Positions 38,405 to 55,328 of a stretch of DNA of 64,000 bases are shown here, one piece after another (positions within the stretch are counted from its first letter, which is position 1; each line of letters opens with the position of its first letter). The DNA is taken from the NCBI RefSeq assembly GCF_009914755.1, contig NC_060948.1; one strand, given 5' to 3'. Source of the DNA: the human T2T-CHM13v2.0 reference genome, Homo sapiens. The notes under the pieces were generated by a model. That model ran no database searches. It was given only the letters and a program-made list of their open reading frames with translations, and had not been told where the DNA came from. Made by a program: the position numbers and the translations under genes.

Positions 38405-40497
38405 AGATCCATATTTTTTAAATGAAAAAAAATTTCAAAGGTACTCTGCTTGGTACAATAATCAAATGTACAAACTGAGGAATAAAACATAACCATGAAA
38501 GCTACTTATAACTGCATATGGAAAATACAGAGGATAATTTTTTAAGTAACATATTTTGAAAGCCTTAACTAGTAATTTGAAGAGTTGGCATTTGAAAGGA
38601 CAGTATGAATATACCTCCAAAGCAGCAACACAGGTTCCCCATGAGAAAAAGCAAACTCAGGGAAAATAAAACCACAAAGGTTCAATCTCTTCTGACCTTT
38701 GAAAGACACAGCACAGACAGTGGTCCTTAGGACGAAGAGCAGGAGACCCCTAATTCCGTCACCATGGCGATAGGGCATAAACATTGCTGGGTGAGGGCAC
38801 AATCCACATTGTGAGGTCCAACTGCTGCCAGGAAGACAGGAGTGCTTTTACATAGACCGAAAGGTCATTGAAGGCTCAGAGTTTTGTTTCAAGAACTGAA
38901 TCCCAAGCCCACACGTTATTAGGCTGCGCTTCTTAAAACAAGTTATGAGATGGGAAAAAGGGCACCCACAAACATACGTATACATTATGTATATAATAAT
39001 ATACAGTATCATATATATAATATATATAACCTATGTATAATATTGTTTTACATCCTGCATCTTATACTATATATATTGTATAAAATATAATAATTGATAA
39101 TATATAAGTTTTATATTTATAGAATATGACATATAGTATATATTATAATTTATGACATATATATTATAAGTTATATATCATATATAGAATATATTATACG
39201 GTTAATATAAGTATTAAATATAAATTATATATTATATACATTATATGTAATATATCTGTTATATATAATACCCATTATGCATAATATATATATTATGTCT
39301 ATGTTATATATAGTATAAAACAACATATAATAATATATAATTGTATATAAAAAATGTGACATATAATATATATTATATTTTATGACATATGTAATATATA
39401 TTATATATTATATATAATACGTTGTATGTATAATACCTATATTAAATATATATGATAGGACTATGTTATTAATTACATGTGACATGTGTTATATATTATA
39501 TATTTTACATAGAATATAGTGGTTACATACAATATATACTATGTTACCTGTAATGTATAATTTATTACATGTAAAATAAAGAATGCAATATATTATGTAT
39601 AATTTATAATATACAATATGTGGAATGTGATATATATAACATACATGATATATGATATACAGTATATGATATATAACATACAATATATGATACCTAATAT
39701 ATATGGAATACAATATATATTTTATGATATGTATTCTATATGTTTTATATTCTGTTATATATAACTATTTGAAATTATATATAACTGTATAATATTTTAT
39801 GTAAATATGTAATATAATATATATAACTATATAATATATTATATATAACTATATATTATGTTATATATACTTTTATAACATAATTTACATAAAATATCAT
39901 AATATAATATATATTATATTATTTCATATTACATAATATATATTACATATCACCCAATATAAGTAACATACATAATATTATAATATAGATTATATTATGT
40001 TATATTAAATATCATATATATCATGTATCATATATTCTATAATATATATTATACATTATATAATATGTATGTTGTCTATTATGTGATATATATAACTATA
40101 TATATAATTACATTATTATACATATAACTAGATAAACATGTAATTCTACATATTTTCATTTATAATATATAGAATTATATAATCATATATAATTATTTAT
40201 ATTCTATAAAAAATTATATCATTATATAAATTATAATATATAAAAATTATAATATGTACTAAAAACAGATATATTATATATCATATATGATATAGTACCT
40301 TTGTTATATATCATAGTACATATAAATGTGTATTATGTTATCTATAATTATATAAATTCATATATAAGATGTATAATATGTATTATATATTATATATGTT
40401 ATGTAATATATATAGTATATATAAGATGACACAGGATAAATATTATATACTATGACATATAAAATATATGAGGTTATATGTCGCATATAAGGCATAG

Positions 40498-40818
<321 letters not shown>

Positions 40819-42941
40819 AGATCCATATTTTTTAAATGAAAAAAAATTTCAAAGGTACTCTGCTTGGTACAATAATCAAATGTACAAACTGAGGAATAAA
40901 ACATAACCATGAAAGCTACTTATAACTGCATATGGAAAATACAGAGGATAATTTTTTAAGTAACATATTTTGAAAGCCTTAACTAGTAATTTGAAGAGTT
41001 GGCATTTGAAAGGACAGTATGAATATACCTCCAAAGCAGCAACACAGGTTCCCCATGAGAAAAAGCAAACTCAGGGAAAATAAAACCACAAAGGTTCAAT
41101 CTCTTCTGACCTTTGAAAGACACAGCACAGACAGTGGTCCTTAGGACGAAGAGCAGGAGACCCCTAATTCCGTCACCATGGCGATAGGGCATAAACATTG
41201 CTGGGTGAGGGCACAATCCACATTGTGAGGTCCAACTGCTGCCAGGAAGACAGGAGTGCTTTTACATAGACCGAAAGGTCATTGAAGGCTCAGAGTTTTG
41301 TTTCAAGAACTGAATCCCAAGCCCACACGTTATTAGGCTGCGCTTCTTAAAACAAGTTATGAGATGGGAAAAAGGGCACCCACAAACATACGTATACATT
41401 ATGTATATAATAATATACAGTATCATATATATAATATATATAACCTGTGTATAATATTGTTTTACATCCTGCATCTTATGTTATATATATTGTATAAAAT
41501 ATAATAATTGATAATATATAAGTTTTATAATTATACAATATGACATATAGTATATATTATAATTTATGACATATATAATATATGTTATATGTCATATATA
41601 GAATATATTTTAGGGTTAATATACGTATTAAATATAAATTATACATTATATATATTATATATATCTGTTATATATAATACCCATTATGCATAATATATAT
41701 ATTATGTCTATGTTATATATAGTATAAAACAACATATAATAATATATAATTGTATATATAAAATGCGACATATAATATATATTATATTTTATAACATATG
41801 TAATATATATTATATATTATATATAATACGTTGTATGTATAATACCTATATTAAATATATATTATATGACTATGTTATTAATTACATGTCACATGTGTTA
41901 TATATTATATATTTTACATAGAATATACCGGTTACATACAATATACACTATGTTACCTATAATGTATAATTTATTACATGTAAAATAAAGAATGCAATAT
42001 ATTATGTATAATTTATAATATACAATATGTGGAATGTGATATATATAACATATAATATATGATATATGATATACAGTATATGATATATAACATACAATAT
42101 ATGATTCCTAATATATATGGTATACAATATATATTTTATGATATGTATTCTATATGTTTTATATTCTGTTATATATAACTATTTGAAATTATATGTAACT
42201 GTATAATATTTTATGTAAATATGTAATATAATATATATAACTATATAATATATTATATATAACTATATATTATGTTATATATACTTTTATAACATAATTT
42301 ACATAAAATATCATAACATAATATATATTATATTATTTCATATTACATAATATATATTACATATCACCCAATATAACTAACATACATAATATTATAATAT
42401 AGATTATATTATGTTATATTAAATATCATATATATCATGTATCATATATTCTATAATATATATTACACATTATATAATATGTATGTTGTCTATTATGTGA
42501 TATATATAACTCTATATATAATTATATTTTTATACATATAACTAGATAAACATGTAATTCTACATATTTTCATTTATAATATGTAGAATTATATAATCAT
42601 ATATAATTATTTATATTCTATAAAAAATTTTACCATTATATAAATTATAATATATAAAAATTATAATATGTACTACAAATATATATATTATATATCATAT
42701 ATGATATAGTACCTTTGTTATATATCATAATACATATAAATGTGTATTATGTTATCTATAATTATATAATTTCATATATAAGATGTATAATATGTATCAT
42801 ATATTATATATGTTATGTAATATATATAGTATATATAAGATGACACAGGATAAATATTATATACTATGACATATAAAATATATGAGGTTATATGTTACAT
42901 ATAAGGCATAGCACATAACATGTAATATATATCATATATAA

Positions 42942-43233
42942 TTTTTTTTTAGACAGAATCTTGTCCTGTTGCACAGGGTGGGGTACAATGGCGCCATCTT
43001 TGCTCACTGCAACTTCTGCCTCACGGGTCCAAGCGATGGTCCTCCCTCAGCCTCCCAGGTAGCTGGGACTACACCACACTGGGACTACACCAGCTGCCAC
43101 CATGCCTAGCTAATTTTTTGGATTTTTAGTAGTGACAGCGTTTCACTGTATTGGCCAGGATGGTCTTGATCTCTTCACCTTGTGATCCCCTTGCCTTGGC
43201 CTCCAAATTTGCTGGGATTACAGGCCTGAGCCA
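42942..43233 (-). mobile_element. Alu in DYZ2 unit 14
   Basis: Same antisense Alu as unit 1. Confidence 0.93.
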
Positions 43234-45360
43234 AGATCCATATTTTTTAAATGAAAAAAAATTTCAAAGGTACTCTGCTTGGTACAATAATCAAATGTAT
43301 AAACTGAGGAATAAAACATACCCATGAAACCTACTTATAACTGCATATGGAAAATACAGAGGATAATTTTTTAAATAACATATTTTGAAAGCCTTAACTA
43401 GTAATTTGAAGAGTTGGCATTTGAAAGGCCAGTATGAATATACCTTCAATGCAGCAACACAGGTTCCCCATGAGAAAAAACAAACACAGGGAAAATAAAA
43501 ACACAAAGGTTCAATCTCTTCTGACCTTTGAAAGACACAGCACATACAGTGGTCCTTAGGACGAAGAGCAGGAGACCCCTAATTCCGTCACCATGGCGAT
43601 AGGGCATAAACATTGCTGGGTGAGGGCACAATCCACATTGTGAGGTCCAACTGCTGCCAGGAAGACAGGAGTGCTTTTACATAGACCGAAAGGTCATTGA
43701 AGGCTCAGAGTTTTGTTTCAAGAACTGAATCCCAAGCCCACACGTTATTAGGCTGCGCTTCTTAAAACAAGTTATGAGATGGGAAAAAGGGCACCCACAA
43801 ACATACGTATACATTATGTATATAATAATATAGAGTGTCATATATATAATATATATAACCTATGTATAATATTGTTTTACATCCTGCATCTTATGTTATA
43901 TATATTGTATAAAATATAATAATTGATAATATATAAGTTTTATAATTATACAATATGACATATAGTATATATTATAATTTATGACATATATAATATATGT
44001 TATATATCATATACAGAATATATTATACGGTTAATATACGTATTAAATATAAATTATACATTATATATATTATATATAATATATCTGTTATATATAATAC
44101 CCGTTATGCATAATATATATATTATGTCTATGTTATATATAGTATAAAACAACATATAATAATATATAATTGTATATATAAATGCGACATATAATATATA
44201 TTATATTTTATAACATATGTAATATATATTATATATTATATATAATACGTTGTATGTATAATACCTATATTAAATATATATTATATGACTATGTTATTAA
44301 TTACATGTCACATGTGTTATATATTATATATTTTACATAGAATATACCGGTTACATACAATATATACCATGTTACCTATAATGTATAATTTATTACATGT
44401 AAAATAAAGAATGCAATATATTATGTATAATTTATAATATACAATATGTGGAATGTGATATATATAACATATAATATATGATATATGATATACAGTATAT
44501 GATATATAACATACAATATATGATTCCTAATATATATGGTATACAATATATATTTTATGATATGTATTCTATATGTTTTATATTCTGTTATATATAACTA
44601 TTTGAAATTATATATAACTGTATAATATTTTATGTAAATATGTAATATAATATATATAACTATATAATATATTATATATAACTATATATTATGTTATATA
44701 TACTTTTATAACATAATTTACATAAAATATCATAATATAATATATATTATATTATTTCATATTACATAATATATATTACATATCACCCAATATAACTAAC
44801 ATACATAATATTATAATGCAGATTATATTATGTTATATTAAATATCATGTATATCATGTATCATATATTCTATAATATATATTACACATTATATAATATG
44901 TATGTTGTCTATTATGTGATATATATAACTCTATATATAATTATATTTTTATACATATAACTAGATAAACATGTAATTCTACATATTTTCATTTATAATA
45001 TGTAGAAGTATATAATCATATATAATTATTTATATTCTATAAAAAATTTTATCATTATATAAATTATAATATATAAAAATTATAATATGTACTACAAATA
45101 TATATATTATATATCATATATGATATAGTACCTTTGTTATATATCATAATACATATAAATGTGTATTATGTTATCTATAATTATATAATTTCATATATAA
45201 GATGTATAATATGTATCATATATTATATATGTTATGTAATATATATAGTATATATAAGATGACACAGGATAAATATTATATACTATGACATATAAAATAT
45301 ATGAGGTTATATGTTACATATAAGGCATAGCACATAAAATGTAATATATATCATATATAA

Positions 45361-45652
45361 TTTTTTTTTAGACAGAATCTTGTCCTGTTGCACAGGGTGG
45401 GGTACAATGGCGCCATCTTTGCTCACTGCAACTTCTGCCTCACGGGTCCAAGCGATGGTCCTCCCTCAGCCTCCCAGGTAGCTGGGACTACACCACACTG
45501 GGACTACACCAGCTGCCACCATGCCTAGCTAATTTTTTGGATTTTTAGTAGTGACAGCGTTTCACTGTATTGGCCAGGATGGTCTTGATCTCTTCACCTT
45601 GTGATCCCCTTGCCTTGGCCTCCAAATTTGCTGGGATTACAGGCCTGAGCCA
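45361..45652 (-). mobile_element. Alu in DYZ2 unit 15
   Basis: Same antisense Alu as unit 1. Confidence 0.93.
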
Positions 45653-47779
45653 AGATCCATATTTTTTAAATGAAAAAAAATTTCAAAGGTACTCTGCTTG
45701 GTACAATAATCAAATGTATAAACTGAGGAATAAAACATAACCATGAAACCTACTTATAACTGCATATGGAAAATACAGAGGATAATTTTTTAAATAACAT
45801 ATTTTGAAAGCCTTAACTAGTAATTTGAAGAGTTGGCATTTGAAAGGCCAGTATGAATATACCTTCAAAGCAGCAACACAGGTTCCCCATGAGAAAAAGC
45901 AAACACAGGGAAAATAAAAACACAAAGGTTCAATCTCTTCTGACCTTTGAAAGACACAGCACAGACAGTGGTCCTTAGGACGAAGAGCAGGAGACCCCTA
46001 ATTCCGTCACCATGGCGATAGGGCATAAACATTGCTGGGTGAGGGCACAATCCACATTGTGAGGTCCAACTGCTGCCAGGAAGACAGGAGTGCTTTTACA
46101 TAGACCGAAAGGTCATTGAAGGCTCAGAGTTTTGTTTCAAGAACTGAATCCCAAGCCCACACGTTATTAGGCTGCGCTTCTTAAAACAAGTTATGAGATG
46201 GGAAAAAGGGCACCCACAAACATACGTATACATTATGTATATAATAATATAGAGTGTCATATATATAATATATATAACCTATGTATAATATTGTTTTACA
46301 TCCTGCATCTTATGTTATATATATTGTATAAAATATAATAATTGATAATATATAAGTTTTATAATTATACAATATGACATATAGTATATATTATAATTTA
46401 TGACATATATAATATATGTTATATATCATATACAGAATATATTATACGGTTAATATACGTATTAAATATAAATTATACATTATATATATTATATATAATA
46501 TATCTGTTATATATAATACCCGTTATGCATAATATATATATTATGTCTATGTTATATATAGTATAAAACAACATATAATAATATATAATTGTATATATAA
46601 ATGCGACATATAATATATATTATATTTTATAACATATGTAATATATATTATATATTATATATAATACGTTGTATGTATAATACCTATATTAAATATATAT
46701 TATATGACTATGTTATTAATTACATGTCACATGTGTTATATATTATATATTTTACATAGAATATACCGGTTACATACAATATATACCATGTTACCTATAA
46801 TGTATAATTTATTACATGTAAAATAAAGAATGCAATATATTATGTATAATTTATAATATACAATATGTGGAATGTGATATATATAACATATAATATATGA
46901 TATATGATATACAGTATATGATATATAACATACAATATATGATTCCTAATATATATGGTATACAATATATATTTTATGATATGTATTCTATATGTTTTAT
47001 ATTCTGTTATATATAACTATTTGAAATTATATATAACTGTATAATATTTTATGTAAATATGTAATATAATATATATAACTATATAATATATTATATATAA
47101 CTATATATTATGTTATATATACTTTTATAACATAATTTACATAAAATATCATAATATAATATATATTATATTATTTCATATTACATAATATATATTACAT
47201 ATCACCCAATATAACTAACATACATAATATTATAATACAGGTTATATTATGTTATATTAAATATCATATATATCATGTATCATATATTCTATAATATATA
47301 TTACACATTATATAATATGTATGTTGTCTATTATGTGATATATATAACTCTATATATAATTATATTTTTATACATATAACTAGATAAACATGTAATTCTA
47401 CATATTTTCATTTATAATATGTAGAAGTATATAATCATATATAATTATTTATATTCTATAAAAAATTTTATCATTATATAAATTATAATATATAAAAATT
47501 ATAATATGTACTACAAATATATATATTATATATCATATATGATATAGTACCTTTGTTATATATCATAATACATATAAATGTGTATTATGTTATCTATAAT
47601 TATATAATTTCATATATAAGATGTATAATATGTATCATATATTATATATGTTATGTAATATATATAGTATATATAAGATGACACAGGATAAATATTATAT
47701 ACTATGACATATAAAATATATGAGGTTATATGTTACATATAAGGCATAGCACATAACATGTAATATATATCATATATAA

Positions 47780-48071
47780 TTTTTTTTTAGACAGAATCTT
47801 GTCCTGTTGCACAGGGTGGGGTACAATGGCGCCATCTTTGCTCACTGCAACTTCTGCCTCACGGGTCCAAGCGATGGTCCTCCCTCAGCCTCCCAGGTAG
47901 CTGGGACTACACCACACTGGGACTACACCAGCTGCCACCATGCCTAGCTAATTTTTTGGATTTTTAGTAGTGACAGCGTTTCACTGTATTGGCCAGGATG
48001 GTCTTGATCTCTTCACCTTGTGATCCCCTTGCCTTGGCCTCCAAATTTGCTGGGATTACAGGCCTGAGCCA
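47780..48071 (-). mobile_element. Alu in DYZ2 unit 16
   Basis: Same antisense Alu as unit 1. Confidence 0.93.
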
Positions 48072-50198
48072 AGATCCATATTTTTTAAATGAAAAAAAAT
48101 TTCAAAGGTACTCTGCTTGGTACAATAATCAAATGTATAAACTGAGGAATAAAACATAACCATGAAACCTACTTATAACTGCATATGGAAAATACAGAGG
48201 ATAATTTTTTAAATAACATATTTTGAAAGCCTTAACTAGTAATTTGAAGAGTTGGCATTTGAAAGGCCAGTATGAATATACCTTCAAAGCAGCAACACAG
48301 GTTCCCCATGAGAAAAAGCAAACACAGGGAAAATAAAAACACAAAGGTTCAATCTCTTCTGACCTTTGAAAGACACAGCACAGACAGTGGTCCTTAGGAC
48401 GAAGAGCAGGAGACCCCTAATTCCGTCACCATGGCGATAGGGCATAAACATTGCTGGGTGAGGGCACAATCCACATTGTGAGGTCCAACTGCTGCCAGGA
48501 AGACAGGAGTGCTTTTACATAGACCGAAAGGTCATTGAAGGCTCAGAGTTTTGTTTCAAGAACTGAATCCCAAGCCCACACGTTATTAGGCTGCGCTTCT
48601 TAAAACAAGTTATGAGATGGGAAAAAGGGCACCCACAAACATACGTATACATTATGTATATAATAATATAGAGTGTCATATATATAATATATATAACCTA
48701 TGTATAATATTGTTTTACATCCTGCATCTTATGTTATATATATTGTATAAAATATAATAATTGATAATATATAAGTTTTATAATTATACAATATGACATA
48801 TAGTATATATTATAATTTATGACATATATAATATATGTTATATATCATATACAGAATATATTATACGGTTAATATACGTATTAAATATAAATTATACATT
48901 ATATATATTATATATAATATATCTGTTATATATAATACCCGTTATGCATAATATATATATTATGTCTATGTTATATATAGTATAAAACAACATATAATAA
49001 TATATAATTGTATATATAAATGCGACATATAATATATATTATATTTTATAACATATGTAATATATATTATATATTATATATAATACGTTGTATGTATAAT
49101 ACCTATATTAAATATATATTATATGACTATGTTATTAATTACATGTCACATGTGTTATATATTATATATTTTACATAGAATATACCGGTTACATACAATA
49201 TATACCATGTTACCTATAATGTATAATTTATTACATGTAAAATAAAGAATGCAATATATTATGTATAATTTATAATATACAATATGTGGAATGTGATATA
49301 TATAACATATAATATATGATATATGATATACAGTATATGATATATAACATACAATATATGATTCCTAATATATATGGTATACAATATATATTTTATGATA
49401 TGTATTCTATATGTTTTATATTCTGTTATATATAACTATTTGAAATTATATATAACTGTATAATATTTTATGTAAATATGTAATATAATATATATAACTA
49501 TATAATATATTATATATAACTATATATTATGTTATATATACTTTTATAACATAATTTACATAAAATATCATAATATAATATATATTATATTATTTCATAT
49601 TACATAATATATATTACATATCACCCAATATAACTAACATACATAATATTATAATGCAGATTATATTATGTTATATTAAATATCATGTATATCATGTATC
49701 ATATATTCTATAATATATATTACACATTATATAATATGTATGTTGTCTATTATGTGATATATATAACTCTATATATAATTATATTTTTATACATATAACT
49801 AGATAAACATGTAATTCTACATATTTTCATTTATAATATGTAGAAGTATATAATCATATATAATTATTTATATTCTATAAAAAATTTTATCATTATATAA
49901 ATTATAATATATAAAAATTATAATATGTACTACAAATATATATATTATATATCATATATGATATAGTACCTTTGTTATATATCATAATACATATAAATGT
50001 GTATTATGTTATCTATAATTATATAATTTCATATATAAGATGTATAATATGTATCATATATTATATATGTTATGTAATATATATAGTATATATAAGATGA
50101 CACAGGATAAATATTATATACTATGACATATAAAATATATGAGGTTATATGTTACATATAAGGCATAGCACATAACATGTAATATATATCATTTATAA

Positions 50199-50490
50199 TT
50201 TTTTTTTAGACAGAATCTTGTCCTGTTGCACAGGGTGGGGTACAATGGCGCCATCTTTGCTCACTGCAACTTCTGCCTCACGGGTCCAAGCGATGGTCCT
50301 CCCTCAGCCTCCCAGGTAGCTGGGACTACACCACACTGGGACTACACCAGCTGCCACCATGCCTAGCTAATTTTTTGGATTTTTAGTAGTGACAGAGTTT
50401 CACTGTATTGGCCAGGATGGTCTTGATCTCTTCACCTTGTGATCCCCTTGCCTTGGCCTCCAAATTTGCTGGGATTACAGGCCTGAGCCA
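50199..50490 (-). mobile_element. Alu in DYZ2 unit 17
   Basis: Same antisense Alu as unit 1. Confidence 0.93.
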
Positions 50491-52595
50491 AGATCCATAT
50501 TTTTTAAATGAAAAAAAATTTCAAAGGTACTCTGCTTGGTACAATAATCAAATGTATAAACTGAGGAATAAAACATAACCATGAAACCTACTTATAACTG
50601 CATATGGAAAATACAGAGGATAATTTTTTAAATAACATATTTTGAAAGCCTTAACTAGTAATTTGAAGAGTTGGCATTTGAAAGGCCAGTATGAATATAC
50701 CTTCAAAGCAGCAACACAGGTTCCCCATGAGAAAAAGCAAACACAGGGAAAATAAAAACACAAAGGTTCAATCTCTTCTGACCTTTGAAAGACACAGCAC
50801 AGACAGTGGTCCTTAGGACGAAGAGCAGGAGACCCCTAATTCCGTCACCATGGCGATAGGGCATAAACATTGCTGGGTGAGGGCACAATCCACATTGTGA
50901 GGTCCAACTGCTGCCAGGAAGACAGGAGTGCTTTTACATAGACCGAAAGGTCATTGAAGGCTCAGAGTTTTGTTTCAAGATCTGAATCCCAAGCCCACAC
51001 GTTATTAGGCTGCGCTTCTTAAAACAAGTTATGAGATGGGAAAAAGGGCACCCACAAACATACGTATACATTATGTATATAATAATATAGAGTGTCATAT
51101 ATATAATATATATAACCTATGTATAATATTGTTTTACATCCTGCATCTTATGTTATATATATTGTATAAAATATAATAATTGATAATATATAAGTTTTAT
51201 AATTATACAATATGACATATAGTATATATTATAATTTATGACATATATAATATATGTTATATATCATATACAGAATATATTATACGGTTAATATACGTAT
51301 TAAATATAAATTATACATTATATATATTATATATAATATATCTGTTATATATAATACCCGTTATGCATAATATATATATTATGTCTATGTTATATATAGT
51401 ATAAAACAACATATAATAATATATAATTGTATATATAAAATGCGACATATAATATATATTATATTTTATAACATATGTAATATATATTATATATTATATA
51501 TAATACGTTGTATGTATAATACCTATATTAAATATATATTATATGACTATGTTATTAATTACATGTCACATGTGTTATATATTATATATTTTACATAGAA
51601 TATACCGGTTTCATACAATATATACCATGTTACCTATAATGTATAATTTATTACATGTAAAATAAAGAATGCAATATATTATGTATAATTTATAATATAC
51701 AATATGTGGAATGTGATATATATAACATATAATATATGATATATGATATACAGTATATGATATATAACATACAATATATGATTCCTAATATATATGGTAT
51801 ACAGTATATATTTTATGATATGTATTCTATATGTTTTATATTCTATTATATATAACTATTTGAAATTATATATAACTGTATAATATTTTATGTAAATATG
51901 TAATATAATATATATAACTATATAATATATTATATATAACTATATATTATGTTATATATACTTTTATAACATAATTTACATAAAATATCATAATATAATA
52001 TATATTATATTATTTCATATTACATAATATATATTACAAATCACCCAATATAACTAACATACATAATATTATAATATAGATTATATTATGTTATATTAAA
52101 TATCATATATATCATGTATCATATATTCTATAATATATATTACACATTATATAATATGTATGTTGTCTATTATGTGATATATATAACTATATATATAATT
52201 ATATTTTTATACATATAACTAGATAAACATGTAATTCTACATATTTTCATTTATAATATGTAGAAGTATATAATCATATATAATTATTTATATTCTATAA
52301 AAAATTTTATCATTATATAAATTATAATATATAAAAATTATAATATGTACTACAAATATATATATTATATATCATATATGATATAGTACCTTTGTTATAT
52401 ATCATAATACATATAAATGTGTATTATGTTATCTATAATTATATAATTTCATATATAAGATGTATAATATTTATCATATATTATATATGTTATGTAACAT
52501 ATATAGTATATATAAGATGACACAGGATAAATATTATATACTATGACATATAAAATATATGAGGTTATATGTTACATATAAGGCATAGCACATAA

Positions 52596-52910
<315 letters not shown>

Positions 52911-55013
52911 AGATCCATATTTTTTAAATGAAAAACAATTTCAAAGGTACTCTGCTTGGTACAATAATCAAATGTATAAACTGAGGAATAAAACATAACC
53001 ATGAAACCTACTTATAACTGCATATGGAAAATACAGAGGATAATTTTTTAAATAACATATTTTGAAAGCCTTAACTATTAATTTGAAGAGTTGGCATTTG
53101 AAAGGCCAGTATGAATATACCTTCAAAGCAGCAACACAGGTACCCCATGAGAAAAAGCAAACTCAGGGAAAATAAAACCACAAAGGTTCAATCTCTTCTG
53201 ACCTTTGAAAGACACAGCACAGACAGTGGTCCTTAGGACGAAGAGCAGGAGACCCCTAATTCCGTCACCATGGCGATAGGGCATAAACATTGCTGGGTGA
53301 GGGCACAATCCACATTGTGAGGTCCAACTGCTGCCAGGAAGACAGGAGTGCTTTTACATAGACCGAAAGGTCATTGAAGGCTCAGAGTTTTGTTTCAAGA
53401 ACTGAATCCCAAGCCCACACGTTATTAGGCAGCGCTTCTTAAAACAAGTTATGAGATGGGAAAAAGGGCACCCACAAACATACGTATACATTATGTATAT
53501 AATAATATACAGTGTCATATATATAATATATATAACCTATGTATAATATTGTTTTACATCCTGCATCTTATGTTATATATATTGTATAAAATATAATAAT
53601 TGATAATATATAACTTTTATAATTATACAATATGACATATAGTATATATTATAATTTATGACATATATAATATATGTTATATATCATATACAGAATATAT
53701 TATACGGTTAATATACGTATTAAATATAAATTATACATTATATATATTATATATAATATATCTGTTATATATAATACCCATTATGCATAATATATATATT
53801 ATGTCTATGTTATATATAGTATAAAACAACATATAATAATATATAATTGTATATATAAAATGCGACATATAATATATATTATATTTTATAACATATGTAA
53901 TATATATTATATATTATATATAATACGTTGTATGTATAATACCTATATTAAATATATATTATATGACTATGTTATTAATTACATGTCACATGTGTTATAT
54001 ATTATATATTTTACATAGAATATACCGGTTTCATACAATATATACTATGTTACCTATAATGTATAATTTATTACATGTAAAATAAAGAATGCAATATATT
54101 ATGTATAATTTATAATATACAATATGTGGAATGTGATATATATAACATATAATATATGATATATGATATACAGTATATGATATATAACATACAATATATG
54201 ATTCCTAATATATATGGTATACAGTATATATTTTATGATATGTATTCTATATGTTTTATATTCTGTTATATATAACTATTTGAAATTATATATAACTGTA
54301 TAATATTTTATGTAAATATGTAATATAATATATATAACTATATAATATATTATATATAACTATATATTATGTTATATATACTTTTATATCATAATTTACA
54401 TAAAATATCATAATATAATATATATTATATTATTTCATATTACATAATATATATTACATATCACCCAATATAACTAACATACATAATATTATAATATAGA
54501 TTATATTGTGTTATATTAAATATCATATATATCATGTATCATATATTCTATAATATATATTATACATTATATAATATGTATGTTGTCTATTATGTGATAT
54601 ATATAACTATATATATAATTATATTTTTATACATATAACTAGATAAACATGTAATTCTACATATTTTCATTTATAATATGTAGAATTATATAATCATATA
54701 TAATTATTTATATTCTATAAAAAATTTTATCATTATATAAATTATAATATATAAAAATTATAATATGTACTACAAATATATATTATATATCATATATGAT
54801 ATAGTACCTTTGTTATATATCATAATACATATAAATGTGTATTATGTTATCTATAATTATATAATTTCATATATAAGATGTATAATATGTATCATATATT
54901 ATATATGTTATGTAATATATATAGTATATATAAGATGACACAGGATAAATATTATACACTATGAGATATAAAATATATGAGGTTATATGTTACATATAAG
55001 GCATAGCACATAA

Positions 55014-55328
<315 letters not shown>

